Assembly (NCBI GenBank): GCA_963750165.1
Contig: CAVVPN010000004.1
Location: forward strand, 64,001-128,000
Direction of reading: 5' to 3'
Length of the DNA stretch: 64,000 nucleotides
Origin: an uncultured Gemmataceae bacterium
Lineage (GTDB): Bacteria > Planctomycetota > Planctomycetia > Gemmatales > Gemmataceae
Under the pieces are notes generated by a model. It worked only from the letters and a program-made list of their open reading frames with translations, had not been told where the DNA came from and did no database searches. Shown here piece after piece: positions 61,794-64,000 of this stretch; the stretch's first letter is position 1, and each line of letters opens with the position of its first letter. A program made the position numbers and the translations under genes.

Positions 61794-62924
61794 ATGATCA
61801 TGAATAGTCAGGGGGCGCGCCGCTGTCGGCGTCTCGTCACCGGGATGGTGCTGGGGTTGGGACTGCTGGTCTGTGGCTGCAAGGCCATCACGGAGCACTT
61901 CTCGCAACGGCTGACGCACTGGAAAATGCTGGGGGACGACGCTCTGGAAGACCCCGTCAAGGCGGTCGGCGGCGACGCCCTGGTGTTCGTGCCCCGGGAA
62001 TTGGACCGGCCCCTGAGTCGCCAGCAACTCCGGACGGCACCCCCGGAAACACTGGTCAGCTACTACTCCCCCGTCTTCGTGCAACAGCGCATCGACACCC
62101 GCGCCCAGCGCTTCCCGTACCCCCCGGAGTACGACACCATCGGCGAGGCCCGGTTGAAGCGCGAGCCCGACGGCAAGCTCAAGTCCTACGTGACCGGGCA
62201 GCCGAAGGTCTACGCCATCTGCAAGCAGACGCTCATTGAGGGGCGGCCGCACTTCCAGCTGACCTACACGGCCTGGTATCCCGCCCACCCGCGCATGAAG
62301 ACGCTTGACGTGGAGGAGGCGGACATCGACAGCTGCGTCCTGCGCGTCACCCTGGACACCGACAACGCGCCGCTGTTCTACGAGACCATCGCGGCCTGCG
62401 GCTGCTTCCACAAGGTCTTCCTCCCGCGCCGCCTTGAGATGGGCGCCCGGGAGGCGTACGGCACCCCGCAGCAGGGCAAGAAATACTGTGCCGAGCGCGT
62501 CGTCGAGAACGCGGTGGACTGGGAGGTGGCGGGCCTGGTGGACGAACCGCCGGACCAGCCGCGCCGGCCCGTGGTCTTCCTGAAGGCGGGCGACCACAAG
62601 GTTATCGGCATGGGCAGCACCGCCCGACTGCGCATGCCAGCCGAGAAGTACAGCACCCCTTATGAAATGACCTCCTACGCCGACCTGTACGCCGTGGCCA
62701 TCGACGGCACTCAGGAGACGGCCGCGTTCTTCGACATGGACGCGGGCGGCAAGGTGCGCGGCGGCGAGCGCAAGCGGGAACGGTTCCTGATGTCGTTCAT
62801 CGGCGTGGAAGACGCCGGCCGGCCGCGCGCCGACGACCAGATCAAATTGCACTTCGACCAGAGTACCTGGAACGACCCGACCGCCTACGGCAAATTCCTT
62901 CGTCTCGCGCCCGGGGCCCTGTGA
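61794..62924 (+). CDS. Putative lipoprotein, hypothetical
   Basis: GGGAGG RBS, lipobox-like LLVCGC, and a CGCFH motif. Confidence 0.75.
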   Translation: MIMNSQGARRCRRLVTGMVLGLGLLVCGCKAITEHFSQRLTHWKMLGDDALEDPVKAVGGDALVFVPRELDRPLSRQQLRTAPPETLVSYYSPVFVQQRIDTRAQRFPYPPEYDTIGEARLKREPDGKLKSYVTGQPKVYAICKQTLIEGRPHFQLTYTAWYPAHPRMKTLDVEEADIDSCVLRVTLDTDNAPLFYETIAACGCFHKVFLPRRLEMGAREAYGTPQQGKKYCAERVVENAVDWEVAGLVDEPPDQPRRPVVFLKAGDHKVIGMGSTARLRMPAEKYSTPYEMTSYADLYAVAIDGTQETAAFFDMDAGGKVRGGERKRERFLMSFIGVEDAGRPRADDQIKLHFDQSTWNDPTAYGKFLRLAPGAL

Positions 62925-62961
62925 CCTCGAAAAGAAACTCCCCGCCGTCAGGAGGTCGCCA

Positions 62962-63705
62962 ATGTCGCAGGCATTTCGGACCGAGGATTTCACCCAGGCG
63001 CTTTTGGTCGTCCGTGGACTGAGCCGTGAACACGGTTCAGCGGCGACCCGGGTCAGCGCGCTCCGCGGGGTGGACCTGGACGTGTACCCGGGCGAGTTCG
63101 TGGCGGTCACCGGCGCCTCGGGCTCAGGCAAGAGCACACTGCTGCACCTCGTCGCTGGGTTGGACCGGCCGACCGCAGGCAGCATCCGACTGCGGGGCGT
63201 GGACGTGGCGGCCCTCGGCGAGGACGACCGGGCACGTCTGCGGCGCCGGCACATCGGGATGGTGTTCCAGTCCTTCCACCTGCTGGAGACGCTTACCGCC
63301 GAGGAGAACGTGGCCCTGGCCCTGGCCATCGCGGGCCGCCCGCCCGTGGAGGCGCGGCGGCAGGCAGCGCGGTGGCTGGGTTACGTCGGGCTTGCTTCCC
63401 GGCGCACGCACCGGCCGCACGAACTCTCCGGGGGCGAACAGCAGCGCGTCGCCGTCGCCCGTGCCCTGGTGATCGAACCGACCTTGTTGCTCGCCGATGA
63501 ACCCACGGGCAATTTGGACAGTCACCAGGGCGAGCGCGTCCTGGACCTGCTCCGCCAGGTGACCGACGAACGCCGGCAAACTCTGATCCTGGTGACCCAC
63601 GACCCGAGGCACGCCGCCCGGGCGGACCGTGTCATTTTCTTGCACGACGGCCGTATCTCCGCCCCGGCAGGGCACAGCCTGGGTTTGCCCGCCACCGCGG
63701 CCTGA
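62962..63705 (+). CDS. ABC transporter ATP-binding protein (LolD/MacB-like)
   Basis: [32 protein letters not shown]. Confidence 0.95.
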   Translation: MSQAFRTEDFTQALLVVRGLSREHGSAATRVSALRGVDLDVYPGEFVAVTGASGSGKSTLLHLVAGLDRPTAGSIRLRGVDVAALGEDDRARLRRRHIGMVFQSFHLLETLTAEENVALALAIAGRPPVEARRQAARWLGYVGLASRRTHRPHELSGGEQQRVAVARALVIEPTLLLADEPTGNLDSHQGERVLDLLRQVTDERRQTLILVTHDPRHAARADRVIFLHDGRISAPAGHSLGLPATAA

Positions 63706-63732
63706 GCGTCTCGGGGACGGAGGCCCTCCCTC

Positions 63733-64000
63733 ATGAGACTGTGGACATTCTCCGCGCGCGAATTCGGGCGGCGGCGCGGCCGCATGCTGCTGACCCTTGC
63801 CGGCATCGCCCTGGGCATCGCGGCCGTGGTGGCCACGCGCCTGACCATTCACTCCGTCCGCGCTGCCTACGCGGACCTGTACGGGACCACCGGGCGGGCG
63901 CAACTTGAGGTGAGTGCCCTGGGCGGGGGAGGCTTCGACGAGGCCCTCGCCGACACGTGCTCCTCGGTTCCGGGAGTCGGAGCGGTCGTGCCCCGTGTTG
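63733..64000 (+). CDS. ABC transporter permease (FtsX/MacB-like), 3' partial
   Basis: MRLWTFSAREFGRRRGRMLLTLAGIALGIAAVVA; runs off the window. Confidence 0.8.
   Translation, partial: MRLWTFSAREFGRRRGRMLLTLAGIALGIAAVVATRLTIHSVRAAYADLYGTTGRAQLEVSALGGGGFDEALADTCSSVPGVGAVVPRV

Overview
High-GC bacterial window whose gene content points to a planctomycete, probably Gemmataceae-like (inference from ECF sigma factors with long C-terminal extensions, DUF1573, SgcJ/EcaC and protocadherin-like secreted proteins). It holds housekeeping genes (clpC, rho, tadA, ispH, a copA-type ATPase) and a complete alternative complex III (actA-G) plus SCO plus caa3-type A2 cytochrome c oxidase operon. It also holds small TA-like cassettes, REP-like palindromes and a decayed stretch with an IS701 remnant and gene fragments. 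The strongest novelty candidate is a tandem pair of ECF sigma factors, each fused through one TM helix to the whole periplasmic headpiece of an AcrB/MexF-type RND transporter with the transport helices removed; the two paralogs differ mainly in the docking-domain segments. Other candidates are an uncharacterised biosynthetic-type operon (reductase-SCP2, hydrolase, EhpF/PaaK-like ligase, MqnD-like protein, aminotransferase, lipoprotein, ABC exporter) and an internally duplicated MoxR-like AAA ATPase coupled to a metallopeptidase-vWA protein. About a dozen genes carry 1-2 nt frameshifts in GC runs, most likely long-read errors. I saw no tRNA, rRNA or CRISPR array. All family calls are from motif recognition by eye, not database searches.
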